Part shown: positions 12,828-30,199 of the stretch, one piece after another
Layout: each line of letters opens with the position of its first letter
Numbering within the stretch: the stretch's first letter is position 1
DNA from: Escherichia coli
GTDB lineage: Bacteria > Pseudomonadota > Gammaproteobacteria > Enterobacterales > Enterobacteriaceae
Assembly (NCBI RefSeq): GCF_011045215.1
Contig: NZ_CP049201.1
DNA: 64,000 nucleotides
Strand: one strand, 5' to 3'
Made by a program: the position numbers and the translations under genes
Notes under the pieces: model-generated
What the model was told of the DNA's origin: nothing
The model's database searches: none
The model's input: the letters and a program-made list of their open reading frames with translations, nothing else

Positions 12828-14009
12828 ATGCGCAACCATCAAAAGACGTTCACGATACTGCTGGTTCTGGTGCTGATTGGTCTTAATATGCGACCTCTGC
12901 TCACCTCCGTCGGGCCACTGCTACCGCAATTGCGCCAGGCAAGCGGAATGAGCTTTAGCGTGGCTGCCCGGTTGACCGCTCTGCCGGTGGTTACCATGGG
13001 CGGGCTGGCGCTGGCCGGAAGCTGGCTTCATCAGCATGTCAGCGAACGTCGCAGCGTCGCCATCAGTTTGTTACTGATTGCCGTCGGTGCATTGATGCGT
13101 GAGCTTTACCCCCAAAGTGCGCTGCTGCTTAGCAGCGCACTGCTCGGTGGGGTGGGGATCGGCATCATTCAGGCGGTGATGCCTTCGGTGATTAAACGGC
13201 GGTTTCAGCAGCGCACGCCACTGGTGATGGGGCTGTGGTCCGCGGCTCTGATGGGCGGCGGTGGGCTTGGTGCCGCCCTGACACCCTGGTTAGTTCAACA
13301 TAGCGAAACCTGGTATCAAACACTCGCCTGGTGGGCGCTGCCTGCCGTTGTTGCGCTCTTTGCCTGGTGGTGGTGAAGCGCCCGCGAGGTCGCCTCTTCC
13401 CACAAGACAACAACCACTCCGGTTCGCGTGGTTTTCACTCCTCGCGCGTGGACGCTGGGTGTTTACTTCGGTCTGATTAACGGTGGTTACGCCAGCCTGA
13501 TTGCCTGGTTACCCGCCTTCTATATTGAGATTGGTGCCAGCGCGCAGTACAGCGGTTCCTTGCTGGCATTGATGACGCTTGGGCAAGCCGCAGGAGCTTT
13601 GCTGATGCCTGCTATGGCTCGCCATCAGGATCGGCGCAAACTTTTGCTGTTGGCACTGGCGTTACAACTGGTGGGTTTCTGCGGCTTTATCTGGCTGCCG
13701 CTGCAATTGCCGGTATTGTGGGCGATGGTGTGTGGTTTAGGTCTGGGCGGCGCATTTCCGCTCTGTTTGCTGCTGGCTCTCGATCACTCTGTGCAACCGG
13801 CTATTGCTGGCAAGCTGGTGGCGTTTATGCAGGGGATCGGTTTTATCATCGCCGGGCTTGCCCCGTGGTTTTCTGGCGTGCTGCGTAGTATCAGCGGCAA
13901 TTACCTGATGGACTGGGCGTTTCATGCGCTGTGCGTCGTTGGGCTGATGATTATAACCCTGCGTTTTGCACCAGCACGTTTTCCGCAGCTGTGGGTCAAA
14001 GAGGCATAA
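12828..14009 (+). pseudogene. cynX: Cyanate transporter CynX (MFS), interrupted by an in-frame TGA at 13374-13376
   Basis: ORFs 12828-13376 and 13428-14009 are in the same frame and together reconstitute a CynX-like protein (...ALFAWWW*SAREVASSHKTTTTPVRVVFTPRAW...). Only the single stop codon breaks the reading frame. Confidence 0.6.
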
Positions 14010-14039
14010 TGCGACGCTTGTTTCTGCGCTTTGTTCACG

Positions 14040-14100
14040 CCGGATGCGGCCTACGTAGATCACTGAATTTGTAGGCCTGATAAGCGAAGCGTATCAGGCA
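14040..14100. repeat. REP element between cynX and lacA
   Basis: cggatgcggcctacgtagatcactgaatttgtaggcctgataagcgaagcgtatcaggc. Confidence 0.8.
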
Positions 14101-14111
14101 ATTTTTATAAT

Positions 14112-14723
14112 TTAAACTGACGATTCAACTTTGTAATCTCTGAAATAATATTGCTTATCCCGGTCGTTTATTTCGCGAATAACCCGACAAGGAACGCCAG
14201 CCGCCACGACGTTTGGTGGAATGTCTTTTGTGACGATACTACCCGCGCCAATAACAGAATTATCCCCGATGGTGACGCCTGGATTAATAACCACATGACT
14301 TCCGATCCAGACGTTATTGCCAATCGTTATCGGAAAAGAGTACATCTCACCGTTTTTTCTCAATTCATGGTGTACAGGGTGTCCCGTAACGGAAAGAGTA
14401 ACGTTGGGTGCAATCAGTACGTTATCACCGATTGTTACCGTGTAGTCATCGACAATGGTTAAATTGAAATTTGCATAAAAATTGCGGCCTATATGGATGT
14501 TGGAACCGTAAGAGAAATAGACGGGGGGTTCTACCCAGGCGTTTTCCCCTACCGTGGCAAACATTTCTTTAATCAGGCTTTCTCTTTTTTCAACTTCTGA
14601 TGGATGCGAGTGATTAAACTCATACATTAACGTTTTCCCACGAAGTCTTTTTTCCGGTAAGCCTTCGCACATATCGGTAAATAGCTTGCCTGCTTTTATT
14701 CTTTCTGTCATCGACATGTTCAT
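14112..14723 (-). CDS. lacA: Galactoside O-acetyltransferase
   Basis: Protein MNMSMTERIKAGKLFTDMCEGLPEKRLRG..., hexapeptide-repeat acetyltransferase, 203 aa. The start is trimmed from the ORF-track start, which runs into a REP element. Confidence 0.92.
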   Translation of the reverse strand: MNMSMTERIKAGKLFTDMCEGLPEKRLRGKTLMYEFNHSHPSEVEKRESLIKEMFATVGENAWVEPPVYFSYGSNIHIGRNFYANFNLTIVDDYTVTIGDNVLIAPNVTLSVTGHPVHHELRKNGEMYSFPITIGNNVWIGSHVVINPGVTIGDNSVIGAGSIVTKDIPPNVVAAGVPCRVIREINDRDKQYYFRDYKVESSV

Positions 14724-14737
14724 TGCGATCATTCCGT

Positions 14738-14775
14738 TATGATATGTTGGTCGGATAAGGCGCTCGCGCCGCATC
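14738..14775. repeat. REP element in the lacY-lacA intergenic region
   Basis: ggtcggataaggcgctcgcgccgcatccgaca. Confidence 0.7.
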
Positions 14776-14788
14776 CGACATTGATTGC

Positions 14789-16087
<1,299 letters not shown>

Positions 16088-16093
16088 TTATTA

Positions 16094-19206
<3,113 letters not shown>

Positions 19207-19212
19207 TCACAC

Positions 19213-19242
19213 AACATACGAGTCGGACGCATAAAGTGTAAA
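19213..19242 (-). promoter_or_regulatory. lac promoter P1 (-10 TATGTT and -35 TTTACA, 18-bp spacer)
   Basis: Plus-strand aacata at 19213-19218 is the -10 and tgtaaa at 19237-19242 is the -35. The spacer has two substitutions relative to the familiar K-12 sequence. Confidence 0.85.
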
Positions 19243-19244
19243 GC

Positions 19245-19268
19245 CTGGGGTGCCTAATGAGTGAGCTG
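19245..19268 (-). promoter_or_regulatory. CRP (CAP) binding site of the lac promoter
   Basis: taatgagtgagctgactcacatta retains the TGTGA...TCACA half-sites, with one central change from the K-12 site. Confidence 0.85.
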
Positions 19269-19290
19269 ACTCACATTAATTGCGTTGCGC

Positions 19291-20373
19291 TCACTGCCCG
19301 CTTTCCAGTCGGGAAACTTGTCGTGCCAGCTGCATTAATGAATCGGCCAACGCGCGGGGAGAGGCGGTTTGCGTCTTGGGCGCCAGGGTGGTTTTTCTTT
19401 TCACCAGAGAGACGGGCAAAAGCTGATTGCCCTTCACCGCCAGGCCCTGAGAGAGTTGCAGCAAGCGGTCCACGCTGGTTTGCCCCAGCAGGCGAAAATC
19501 CTGTTTGATGGTGGTTAACGGCGGGATATAACACGAGCTGTCTTCGGTATCGTCGTATCCCACTACCGAGATATCCGCACCAACGCGCAACCCGGACTCG
19601 GTAATGGCGCGCATTGCGCCCAGCGCCATCTGATCGTTGGCAACCAGCATCGCAGTGGGAACGATGCCCTCATTTAGCATTTGCATGGTTTGTTGAAAAC
19701 CGGACATGGCACTCCAGTCGCCCTCCCGTTCCGCTATCGGCTGAATTTGATTGCGAGTGAGATATTTATGCCAGCCCGCCAGACGCAGACGCGCCGAGAC
19801 AGAACTTAATGGGCCCGCTAACAGCGCGATTTGCTGGTGACCCAATGCGACCAGATGCTCCACGCCCAGTCGCGTACCGTCTTCATGGGAGAAAATAATA
19901 CTGTTGATGGGAGTCTGGTCAGAGACATCAAGAAATAACGCCGGAACATTAGCGCAGGCAGCTTCCACAGCAATGGCATCCTGGTCATCCAGCGGATAGT
20001 TAATGATCAGCCCACTGACGCGTTGCGCGAGAAGATTGTGCACCGCCGCTTTACAGGCTTCGACGCCGCTTCGTTCTACCATCGACACCACCACGCTGGC
20101 ACCCAGTTGATCGGCGCGAGATTTAATCGCCGCGACAATTTGCGACGGCGCGTGCAGGGCCAGACTGGAGGTGGCAACGCCAATCAGCAACGACTGTTTC
20201 CCCGCCAGTTGTTGTGCCACGCGGTTGGGAATGTAATTCAGCTCCGCCATCGCCGCTTCCACTTTTTCCCGCGTTTTCGCAGAAACGTGGCTGGCCTGAT
20301 TCACCACGCGGGAAACGGTCTGATAAGAGACACCGGCATACTCTGCGACATCGTATAGCGTTACTGGTTTCAC
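19291..20373 (-). CDS. lacI: Lactose operon repressor
   Basis: GTG start giving VKPVTLYDVAEYAGVSYQTVSRVVNQASHVSAKTREKVEAAMAELNYIPNR..., 360 aa. The ORF track begins 3 codons upstream. Confidence 0.95.
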   Translation of the reverse strand: MKPVTLYDVAEYAGVSYQTVSRVVNQASHVSAKTREKVEAAMAELNYIPNRVAQQLAGKQSLLIGVATSSLALHAPSQIVAAIKSRADQLGASVVVSMVERSGVEACKAAVHNLLAQRVSGLIINYPLDDQDAIAVEAACANVPALFLDVSDQTPINSIIFSHEDGTRLGVEHLVALGHQQIALLAGPLSSVSARLRLAGWHKYLTRNQIQPIAEREGDWSAMSGFQQTMQMLNEGIVPTAMLVANDQMALGAMRAITESGLRVGADISVVGYDDTEDSSCYIPPLTTIKQDFRLLGQTSVDRLLQLSQGLAVKGNQLLPVSLVKRKTTLAPKTQTASPRALADSLMQLARQVSRLESGQ

Positions 20374-20449
20374 ATTCACCACCCTGAATTGACTCTCTTC
20401 CGGGCGCTATCATGCCATACCGCGAAAGGTTTTGCGCCATTCGATGGTG

Positions 20450-21283
20450 TCAACGTAAATGCACGCCGCTTCGCCGTCCGGCTACCAGAATAGCCTGCGA
20501 TTCAACCCCTTCTTCGATCTGTTTTGCTACCCGTTGTAGCGCCGGAAGATGCTTTTCCGCTGCCTGTTCGATGGTCATTGCGCTCGCCATATACACCAGA
20601 TTCAGACAGCCAATCACCCGTTGTTCACTGCGCAGCGGTACGGCGATAGAGGCGATCTTCTCCTCCTGATCCCAGCCGCGGTAGTTCTGTCCGTAACCCT
20701 CTTTGCGCGCGCGCGCCAGAATGGCTTCCAGCTTTAACGGTTCTCGTGCCAGTTGATAGTCATCACCGGGGCGGGAGGCTAACATCTCGATTAATTCCTT
20801 GCGTTCTTGTTCCGGGCAAAAGGCCAGCCAGGTCAGGCCCGAGGCGGTTTTCAGAAGCGGCAAACGTCGCCCGACCATTGCCCGGTGAAAGGATAAGCGG
20901 CTGAAACGGTGGGTGGTTTCGCGTACCACCATTGCATCAACATCCAGCGTAGACACATCTGTCGGCCATACCACTTCGCGCAACAGATCGCCCAGCAGTG
21001 GGGCCGCCAGTGCAGAAATCCACTGTTCGTCACGAAATCCTTCGCTTAATTGCCGCACTTTGATGGTCAGACGAAAACTATCATCGGAGGGACTACGCCG
21101 GACATATCCCTCTTCCTGCAGCGTCTCCAGCAGTCGCCGCACAGTGGTGCGATGCAGGCCGCTGAGTTCCGCCAGCAGCCCGACGCTGGCACCGCCGTCA
21201 AGTTTATTTAACATATTTAATAACATTAGACCGCGGGTTAAGCCGCGCACGGTTTTGTATTCCGTCTGCTCATTGTTCTGCAT
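20450..21283 (-). CDS. mhpR: IclR-family activator of the mhp operon
   Basis: Protein MQNNEQTEYKTVRGLTRGLMLLNMLNKLDGG..., 277 aa. The ORF-track start is 38 codons further upstream, but that extension lacks supporting context. Confidence 0.88.
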   Translation of the reverse strand: MQNNEQTEYKTVRGLTRGLMLLNMLNKLDGGASVGLLAELSGLHRTTVRRLLETLQEEGYVRRSPSDDSFRLTIKVRQLSEGFRDEQWISALAAPLLGDLLREVVWPTDVSTLDVDAMVVRETTHRFSRLSFHRAMVGRRLPLLKTASGLTWLAFCPEQERKELIEMLASRPGDDYQLAREPLKLEAILARARKEGYGQNYRGWDQEEKIASIAVPLRSEQRVIGCLNLVYMASAMTIEQAAEKHLPALQRVAKQIEEGVESQAILVAGRRSGVHLR

Positions 21284-21316
21284 ATTAATTGACATTTCTA
21301 TAGTTAAAACAACGTT

Positions 21317-21331
21317 GTGCACCTGGTGCAC
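21317..21331 (+). promoter_or_regulatory. Candidate MhpR operator in the mhpR-mhpA divergent region
   Basis: Inverted repeat GTGCACCTGGTGCAC between the divergent mhpR and mhpA starts. Confidence 0.5.
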
Positions 21332-21473
21332 ATTCGGGCATGTTTTGATTGTAGCCGAAAACACCCTTCCTATACTGAGCGCACAATAAAAAATCATTTA
21401 CATGTTTTTAACAAAATAAGTTGCGCTGAACTGTGCGCGCAACGGCATTTTGTCCGAGTCGTGAGGTACTGAA

Positions 21474-23138
21474 ATGGCAATACAACACCCTGACATCCAG
21501 CCTGCTGTTAACCATAGCGTTCAGGTGGCGATCGCTGGTGCCGGTCCGGTCGGGCTGATGATGGCGAACTATCTCGGCCAGATGGGCATTGACGTGCTGG
21601 TGGTGGAGAAACTCGATAAGTTGATCGACTACCCGCGTGCGATTGGTATTGATGACGAGGCGCTGCGCACCATGCAGTCGGTCGGCCTGGTCGATAATGT
21701 TCTGCCGCATACAACGCCGTGGCACGCGATGCGTTTTCTCACCCCGAAGGGCCGCTGTTTTGCTGATATTCAGCCAATGACCGATGAATTTGGCTGGCCG
21801 CGCCGTAACGCCTTTATTCAGCCGCAGGTCGATGCGGTGATGCTGGAAGGGGTGTCGCGTTTTCCGAATGTGCGCTGCTTGTTTTCCCGCGAGCTGGAGG
21901 CCTTCAGTCAGCAAGATGACGAAGTGACCTTGCACCTGAAAACGGCAGAAGGGCAGCGGGAAATAGTCAAATCCCAGTGGCTGGTGGCCTGTGATGGTGG
22001 GGCAAGTTTTGTCCGTCGCACCCTGAATGTGCCGTTTGAAGGTAAAACTGCGCCAAATCAGTGGATTGTGGTAGATATCGCCAACGATCCGTTAAGTACG
22101 CCGCATATCTATTTGTGTTGCGATCCGGTGCGCCCGTATGTTTCTGCCGCGCTACCTCATGCGGTACGTCGCTTTGAATTTATGGTGATGCCAGGAGAAA
22201 CCGAAGAACAGCTGCGTGAGCCGCAAAATATGCGCAAGCTGTTAAGCAAAGTGCTGCCTAATCCGGACAATGTTGAATTGATTCGCCAGCGTGTCTACAC
22301 CCACAACGCGCGACTGGCGCAACGTTTCCGTATTGATCGCGTACTGCTGGCGGGCGATGCCGCGCACATCATGCCGGTATGGCAGGGGCAGGGCTATAAC
22401 AGTGGCATGCGCGACGCCTTTAACCTCGCATGGAAACTGGCGTTGGTTATCCAGGGGAAAGCCCGCGATGCGCTGCTCGATACCTATCAACAAGAACGTC
22501 GCGATCACGCCAAAGCGATGATTGACCTGTCCGTGACGGCGGGCAACGTGCTGGCTCCGCCGAAACGCTGGCAGGGTACGTTACGTGACGGCATTTCCTG
22601 GCTGCTGAATTATCTGCCGCCAGTAAAACGCTACTTCCTCGAAATGCGCTTCAAGCCGATGCCGCAATATTACGGCGGTGCGCTGGTACGTGAGGGCGAA
22701 GCGAAGCACTCTCCGGTCGGCAAGATGTTTATTCAGCCGAAAGTCACGCTGGAAAACGGCGACGTGACGCTACTCGATAACGCGATCGGCGCGAACTTCG
22801 CGGTAATTGGCTGGGGATGCAATCCACTGTGGGGGATGAGCGACGAGCAAATCCAGCAGTGGCGCGCGTTGGGCACACGCTTCATTCAGGTGGTGCCGGA
22901 AGTGCAAATTCATACCGCACAGGATAACCACGACGGCGTACTACGCGTGGGGGATACGCAATGTCGTCTGCGTAGCTGGTTCGCGCAACACAATGCTTCG
23001 CTGGTGGTGATGCGCCCGGATCGCTTTGTTGCCGCCACCGCCATTCCGCAAACCCTGGGCAAGACCCTGAATAAACTGGCGTCGGTGATGACGCTGACCC
23101 GCCCTGATGCCGACGTTTCTGTCGAAAAGGTAGCCTGA
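21474..23138 (+). CDS. mhpA: 3-(3-hydroxyphenyl)propionate hydroxylase (FAD monooxygenase)
   Basis: 554-aa ORF with an N-terminal FAD-binding motif ([17 protein letters not shown]). Confidence 0.93.
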   Translation: MAIQHPDIQPAVNHSVQVAIAGAGPVGLMMANYLGQMGIDVLVVEKLDKLIDYPRAIGIDDEALRTMQSVGLVDNVLPHTTPWHAMRFLTPKGRCFADIQPMTDEFGWPRRNAFIQPQVDAVMLEGVSRFPNVRCLFSRELEAFSQQDDEVTLHLKTAEGQREIVKSQWLVACDGGASFVRRTLNVPFEGKTAPNQWIVVDIANDPLSTPHIYLCCDPVRPYVSAALPHAVRRFEFMVMPGETEEQLREPQNMRKLLSKVLPNPDNVELIRQRVYTHNARLAQRFRIDRVLLAGDAAHIMPVWQGQGYNSGMRDAFNLAWKLALVIQGKARDALLDTYQQERRDHAKAMIDLSVTAGNVLAPPKRWQGTLRDGISWLLNYLPPVKRYFLEMRFKPMPQYYGGALVREGEAKHSPVGKMFIQPKVTLENGDVTLLDNAIGANFAVIGWGCNPLWGMSDEQIQQWRALGTRFIQVVPEVQIHTAQDNHDGVLRVGDTQCRLRSWFAQHNASLVVMRPDRFVAATAIPQTLGKTLNKLASVMTLTRPDADVSVEKVA

Positions 23139-23139
23139 T

Positions 23140-24084
23140 ATGCACGCTTATCTTCATTGTCTTTCCCACTCGCCGCTGGTGGGGTATGTCGACCCAGCAC
23201 AAGAGGTACTCGATGAGGTCAATGGCGTGATTGCCAGCGCCCGCGAGCGTATTGCGGCTTTCTCCCCTGAACTGGTGGTGCTGTTTGCGCCAGATCACTA
23301 CAACGGCTTTTTCTATGACGTGATGCCACCGTTCTGTTTAGGCGTTGGAGCGACGGCAATTGGTGATTTCGGCAGTGCGGCAGGAGAGCTGCCCGTGCCT
23401 GTGGAGCTGGCGGAGGCCTGTGCGCATGCCGTCATGAAGAGCGGGATCGATCTTGCCGTTTCTTATTGTATGCAGGTGGACCACGGGTTCGCCCAGCCGC
23501 TGGAGTTCCTGCTCGGTGGGCTGGATAAGGTGCCAGTTCTGCCTGTGTTCATCAACGGTGTCGCCACGCCGCTGCCCGGTTTCCAGCGTACCCGCATGTT
23601 GGGTGAAGCCATTGGACGTTTCACCAGCACTCTCAATAAACGCGTGCTGTTCCTGGGTTCCGGTGGGCTTTCCCATCAGCCGCCGGTGCCCGAACTGGCG
23701 AAAGCCGATGCCCATATGCGCGACCGCCTGTTGGGGAGCGGGAAAGATTTACCCGCCAGTGAGCGCGAATTGCGTCAGCAACGGGTGATTAGCGCCGCTG
23801 AGAAGTTTGTTGAGGATCAGAGAACTCTGCATCCGCTCAACCCGATTTGGGATAACCAGTTCATGACTTTGCTGGAGCAGGGACGCATACAGGAACTGGA
23901 TGCCGTCAGTAACGAAGAGCTTTCCGCCATTGCCGGAAAGTCGACACATGAAATCAAAACCTGGGTCGCCGCTTTTGCCGCTATTTCTGCATTTGGCAAC
24001 TGGCGTAGCGAAGGGCGTTATTACCGCCCAATCCCGGAGTGGATTGCCGGATTTGGCTCGTTAAGCGCCAGAACAGAGAACTGA
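23140..24084 (+). CDS. mhpB: 2,3-dihydroxyphenylpropionate 1,2-dioxygenase (extradiol)
   Basis: 314-aa [25 protein letters not shown]... Confidence 0.93.
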
Positions 24085-24086
24085 AT

Positions 24087-24968
24087 ATGCAGGAGAAGAT
24101 GATGAGTTATCAGCCACAAACCGAAGCCGCCACCAGCCGTTTTCTGAATGTAGAAGAAGCGGGTAAAACGCTGCGCATCCATTTTAATGACTGCGGACAA
24201 GGCGACGAAACCGTTGTCCTGCTGCATGGTTCCGGCCCGGGTGCTACTGGCTGGGCGAACTTCAGCCGCAATATCGATCCGCTGGTAGAGGCGGGCTATC
24301 GGGTGATCCTGCTGGATTGTCCGGGTTGGGGCAAGAGCGATTCGATCGTTAATAGTGGTTCGCGATCGGATCTTAATGCACGAATCCTGAAAAGCGTGGT
24401 GGATCAACTGGAAATCGCCAAAATCCACCTGCTGGGCAACTCGATGGGTGGTCATAGTTCTGTGGCGTTCACCCTTAACTGGCCGGAGCGCGTCGGCAAA
24501 CTGGTGCTGATGGGCGGCGGTACGGGCGGCATGAGTTTGTTTACGCCGATGCCAACCGAAGGTATTAAGCGACTGAATCAGCTTTATCGTCAGCCGACTA
24601 TCGAAAACCTGAAGCTGATGATGGATATCTTCGTTTTTGATACCAGCGATTTGACCGACGCCCTGTTTGAAGCGCGCCTGAATAATATGCTGTCGCGCCG
24701 CGATCACCTGGAAAATTTCGTTAAGAGCCTGGAAACTAATCCGAAACAGTTCCCGGATTTTGGCCCACGTCTGGCGGAAATCAAAGCGCAAACCCTGATT
24801 GTCTGGGGGCGCAACGACCGCTTTGTGCCGATGGATGCGGGTCTGCGTCTGCTGTCCGGCATTGCCGGTTCTGAACTGCATATCTTCCGCGACTGTGGTC
24901 ACTGGGCGCAGTGGGAACATGCCGACGCTTTCAATCAACTGGTGCTGAATTTCCTCGCACGTGCTTAA
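24087..24968 (+). CDS. mhpC: 2-hydroxy-6-ketonona-2,4-dienedioate hydrolase (alpha/beta hydrolase)
   Basis: [29 protein letters not shown]... with a GNSMGG nucleophile elbow. The start is uncertain: the ORF track begins at 24039, and alternative ATGs follow. Confidence 0.88.
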   Translation: MQEKMMSYQPQTEAATSRFLNVEEAGKTLRIHFNDCGQGDETVVLLHGSGPGATGWANFSRNIDPLVEAGYRVILLDCPGWGKSDSIVNSGSRSDLNARILKSVVDQLEIAKIHLLGNSMGGHSSVAFTLNWPERVGKLVLMGGGTGGMSLFTPMPTEGIKRLNQLYRQPTIENLKLMMDIFVFDTSDLTDALFEARLNNMLSRRDHLENFVKSLETNPKQFPDFGPRLAEIKAQTLIVWGRNDRFVPMDAGLRLLSGIAGSELHIFRDCGHWAQWEHADAFNQLVLNFLARA

Positions 24969-26730
<1,762 letters not shown>

Positions 26731-26734
<4 letters not shown>

Positions 26735-27744
26735 ACGGTAAAAAACTTTATATCTCGGACGTCACGTTGCGTGACGGTATGCACGCCATTCGTCATCAGT
26801 ATTCGCTGGAAAACGTTCGCCAGATTGCCAAAGCACTGGACGATGCCCGCGTGGATTCGATTGAAGTGGCCCACGGCGACGGTTTGCAGGGTTCCAGCTT
26901 TAACTATGGTTTCGGCGCACATAGCGACCTTGAATGGATTGAAGCAGCGGCGGATGTGGTGAAGCACGCCAAAATCGCGACGTTGTTGCTGCCAGGAATC
27001 GGCACTATTCACGATCTGAAAAATGCCTGGCAGGCTGGCGCGCGGGTGGTTCGTGTGGCAACGCACTGTACCGAAGCTGATGTTTCCGCCCAGCATATTC
27101 AGTATGCCCGCGAGCTCGGAATGGACACCGTTGGTTTTCTGATGATGAGCCATATGACCACGCCGGAGAATCTCGCCAAGCAGGCAAAGCTGATGGAAGG
27201 CTACGGTGCGACCTGCATTTATGTGGTGGATTCTGGCGGTGCGATGAACATGAGCGATATCCGTGACCGTTTCCGCGCCCTGAAAGCAGTGCTGAAACCA
27301 GAAACGCAAACCGGCATGCACGCTCACCATAACCTGAGTCTTGGCGTGGCGAACTCTATCGCGGCGGTGGAAGAGGGCTGCGACCGAATCGACGCCAGCC
27401 TCGCGGGAATGGGAGCGGGCGCAGGTAACGCGCCGCTGGAAGTATTTATTGCCGCCGCGGATAAACTGGGTTGGCAGCATGGGGCCGATCTCTATGCGTT
27501 AATGGATGCCGCTGACGACCTGGTGCGTCCGTTGCAGGATCGACCGGTACGAGTCGATCGCGAAACGCTGGCGCTGGGATACGCTGGTGTTTACTCCAGC
27601 TTCCTGCGTCACTGTGAAACGGCGGCGGCGCGTTATGGCTTAAGCGCGGTGGATATTCTCGTTGAGCTGGGCAAACGCCGGATGGTTGGCGGCCAGGAGG
27701 ATATGATCGTCGACGTGGCGCTGGATCTGCGCAACAACAAATAA
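26731..27744 (+). CDS. mhpE: 4-hydroxy-2-oxovalerate aldolase
   Basis: 337-aa [28 protein letters not shown]...; overlaps the mhpF stop. Confidence 0.93.
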
Positions 27745-27789
27745 TATTGACTGCCGAGAACGTGCATTTTGTATGCCCATCCCAGCACG

Positions 27790-28135
<346 letters not shown>

Positions 28136-28222
28136 CCCGTAGGCAGTCATTAAATAGTTCTGATGACGCGGCTGGCAATGTATCCGTCGCGATTCACCTG
28201 CACACGCAACGAGGTTCATCTT

Positions 28223-29434
28223 ATGTCGACTCGTACCCCTTCATCATCTTCATCCCGCCTGATGCTGACCATCGGGCTTTGTTTTTTGGTCGCTCTGATG
28301 GAAGGGCTGGATCTTCAGGCGGCTGGCATTGCGGCGGGTGGCATCGCCCAGGTTTTCGCACTCGATAAAATGCAAATGGGCTGGATATTCAGCGCCGGAA
28401 TACTCGGTTTGCTACCCGGCGCGTTGGTTGGCGGAATGCTGGCGGACCGTTATGGTCGCAAGCGCATTTTGATTGGCTCAGTTGCGCTGTTTGGTTTGTT
28501 CTCGCTGGCAACGGCGATTGCCTGGGATTTCCCCTCACTGGTCTTTGCGCGGCTGATGACCGGTGTCGGGCTGGGGGCGGCGTTGCCGAATCTTATCGCC
28601 CTGACGTCTGAAGCCGCGGGTCCACGTTTTCGTGGGACGGCAGTGAGCCTGATGTATTGCGGTGTTCCCATTGGCGCGGCGCTGGCGGCGACACTGGGTT
28701 TCGCGGGGGCAAACTTAGCATGGCAAACGGTGTTTTGGGTAGGTGGTGTGGTGCCGTTGATTCTGGTGCCGCTATTAATGCGCTGGTTGCCGGAGTCGGC
28801 GGTTTTCGCTGGCGAAAAACAGGCTGCGCCACCACTGCGTGCGTTATTTGCGCCAGAAACGGCAACCGCGACGCTGCTGCTGTGGCTGTGTTATTTCTTC
28901 ACTCTGCTGGTGGTTTACATGTTGATCAACTGGCTACCGCTGCTTTTGGTGGAGCAAGGATTCCAGCCATCGCAGGCGGCAGGGGTGATGTTTGCACTGC
29001 AAATGGGGGCGGCAAGCGGGACGTTAATGTTGGGCGCATTGATGGATAAGCTGCGTCCAGTAACCATGTCGCTACTGATTTATAGCGGCATGTTAGCTTC
29101 GCTGCTGGCGCTGGGAACGGTGTCGTCATTTAACGGTATGTTGCTGGCGGGATTTGTCGCGGGGTTGTTTGCGACAGGTGGGCAAAGCGTTTTGTATGCC
29201 CTGGCACCGTTGTTTTACAGTTCGCAGATCCGCGCAACAGGTGTGGGAACAGCCGTGGCGGTAGGGCGTCTGGGGGCTATGAGCGGTCCGTTACTGGCCG
29301 GGAAAATGCTGGCATTAGGCACTGGCACGGTCGGCGTAATGGCCGCTTCTGCACCGGGTATTCTTGTTGCTGGGTTGGCGGTGTTTATTTTGATGAGTCA
29401 GAGATCAAGAATGCAGCCGTGTGCCGATGCCTGA
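28223..29434 (+). CDS. mhpT: 3-hydroxyphenylpropionate transporter (MFS)
   Basis: Protein MSTRTPSSSSSRLMLTIGLCFLVALMEGLDLQ..., 403 aa. The ORF-track start is 20 codons upstream, inside the REP array. Confidence 0.88.
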   Translation: MSTRTPSSSSSRLMLTIGLCFLVALMEGLDLQAAGIAAGGIAQVFALDKMQMGWIFSAGILGLLPGALVGGMLADRYGRKRILIGSVALFGLFSLATAIAWDFPSLVFARLMTGVGLGAALPNLIALTSEAAGPRFRGTAVSLMYCGVPIGAALAATLGFAGANLAWQTVFWVGGVVPLILVPLLMRWLPESAVFAGEKQAAPPLRALFAPETATATLLLWLCYFFTLLVVYMLINWLPLLLVEQGFQPSQAAGVMFALQMGAASGTLMLGALMDKLRPVTMSLLIYSGMLASLLALGTVSSFNGMLLAGFVAGLFATGGQSVLYALAPLFYSSQIRATGVGTAVAVGRLGAMSGPLLAGKMLALGTGTVGVMAASAPGILVAGLAVFILMSQRSRMQPCADA

Positions 29435-29535
29435 CGCGCCTTATTAAGCAGGGGCGAAAGGGACTTGCCCCCAATACACCCACGGCGTTTACAGGTATAC
29501 TCGCTAAAAATTATTCAGCGGGTTTGGAAACAAAG

Positions 29536-30075
29536 ATGGCAAAACTTACCTTACAAGAGCAGTTGCTCAAAGCAGGATTAGTCACCAGCAAAAAAGCGGC
29601 GAAGGTCGAGAGAACGGCGAAAAAATCGCGCGTTCAGGCGCGTGAAGCTCGGGCGGCGGTAGAAGAAAATAAAAAGGCACAGCTTGAGCGTGATAAACAG
29701 CTTAGCGAACAGCAAAAACAAGCGGCGTTGGCGAAAGAATATAAAGCCCAGGTGAAGCAGCTCATTGAAATGAACCGAATCACCATTGCCAATGGCGATA
29801 TTGGTTTTAACTTCACTGACGGCAATCTGATTAAGAAGATTTTTGTCGATAAGCTCACACAGGCGCAGTTGATTAATGGTCGTCTGGCGATTGCCCGCTT
29901 GTTGGTCGATAACAATAGCGAAGGTGAATACGCCATTATTCCCGCCAGCGTTGCCGATAAAATTGCTCAGCGTGATGCCAGCAGTATTGTGTTGCACAGC
30001 GCGCTCAGTGCCGAAGAGCAGGATGAAGACGATCCGTATGCCGACTTCAAAGTGCCTGATGATTTGATGTGGTAA
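29536..30075 (+). CDS. yaiL: DUF2058-family protein YaiL
   Basis: Protein MAKLTLQEQLLKAGLVTSKKAAKVERTAKKSR..., 179 aa. The ORF-track start is 39 codons upstream. Confidence 0.8.
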   Translation: MAKLTLQEQLLKAGLVTSKKAAKVERTAKKSRVQAREARAAVEENKKAQLERDKQLSEQQKQAALAKEYKAQVKQLIEMNRITIANGDIGFNFTDGNLIKKIFVDKLTQAQLINGRLAIARLLVDNNSEGEYAIIPASVADKIAQRDASSIVLHSALSAEEQDEDDPYADFKVPDDLMW

Positions 30076-30094
30076 ACATAGATAAGTCGTGCGC

Positions 30095-30190
30095 AGATGC
30101 CTGATGCGACGCTATGCGCGTCTTATCATGCCTACGGCCTGCGGGCGAAATGTAGGCGGATAAGGCGTTCACGCCGCATCCGGCAGTCGT
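30095..30190. repeat. REP/BIME element between yaiL and frmB
   Basis: gcgcagatgcctgatgcgacgctatgcgcgtcttatcatgcctacgg ... gtaggcggataaggcgttcacgccgcatccggcag. Confidence 0.8.
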
Positions 30191-30199
30191 GCACTATTA

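Noticed and set aside
13374-13376. TGA in cynX read as selenocysteine or as programmed read-through
   Set aside because: No SECIS-like stem-loop is evident immediately downstream, and CynX is not a selenoprotein family. A nonsense mutation or sequencing error is more likely.
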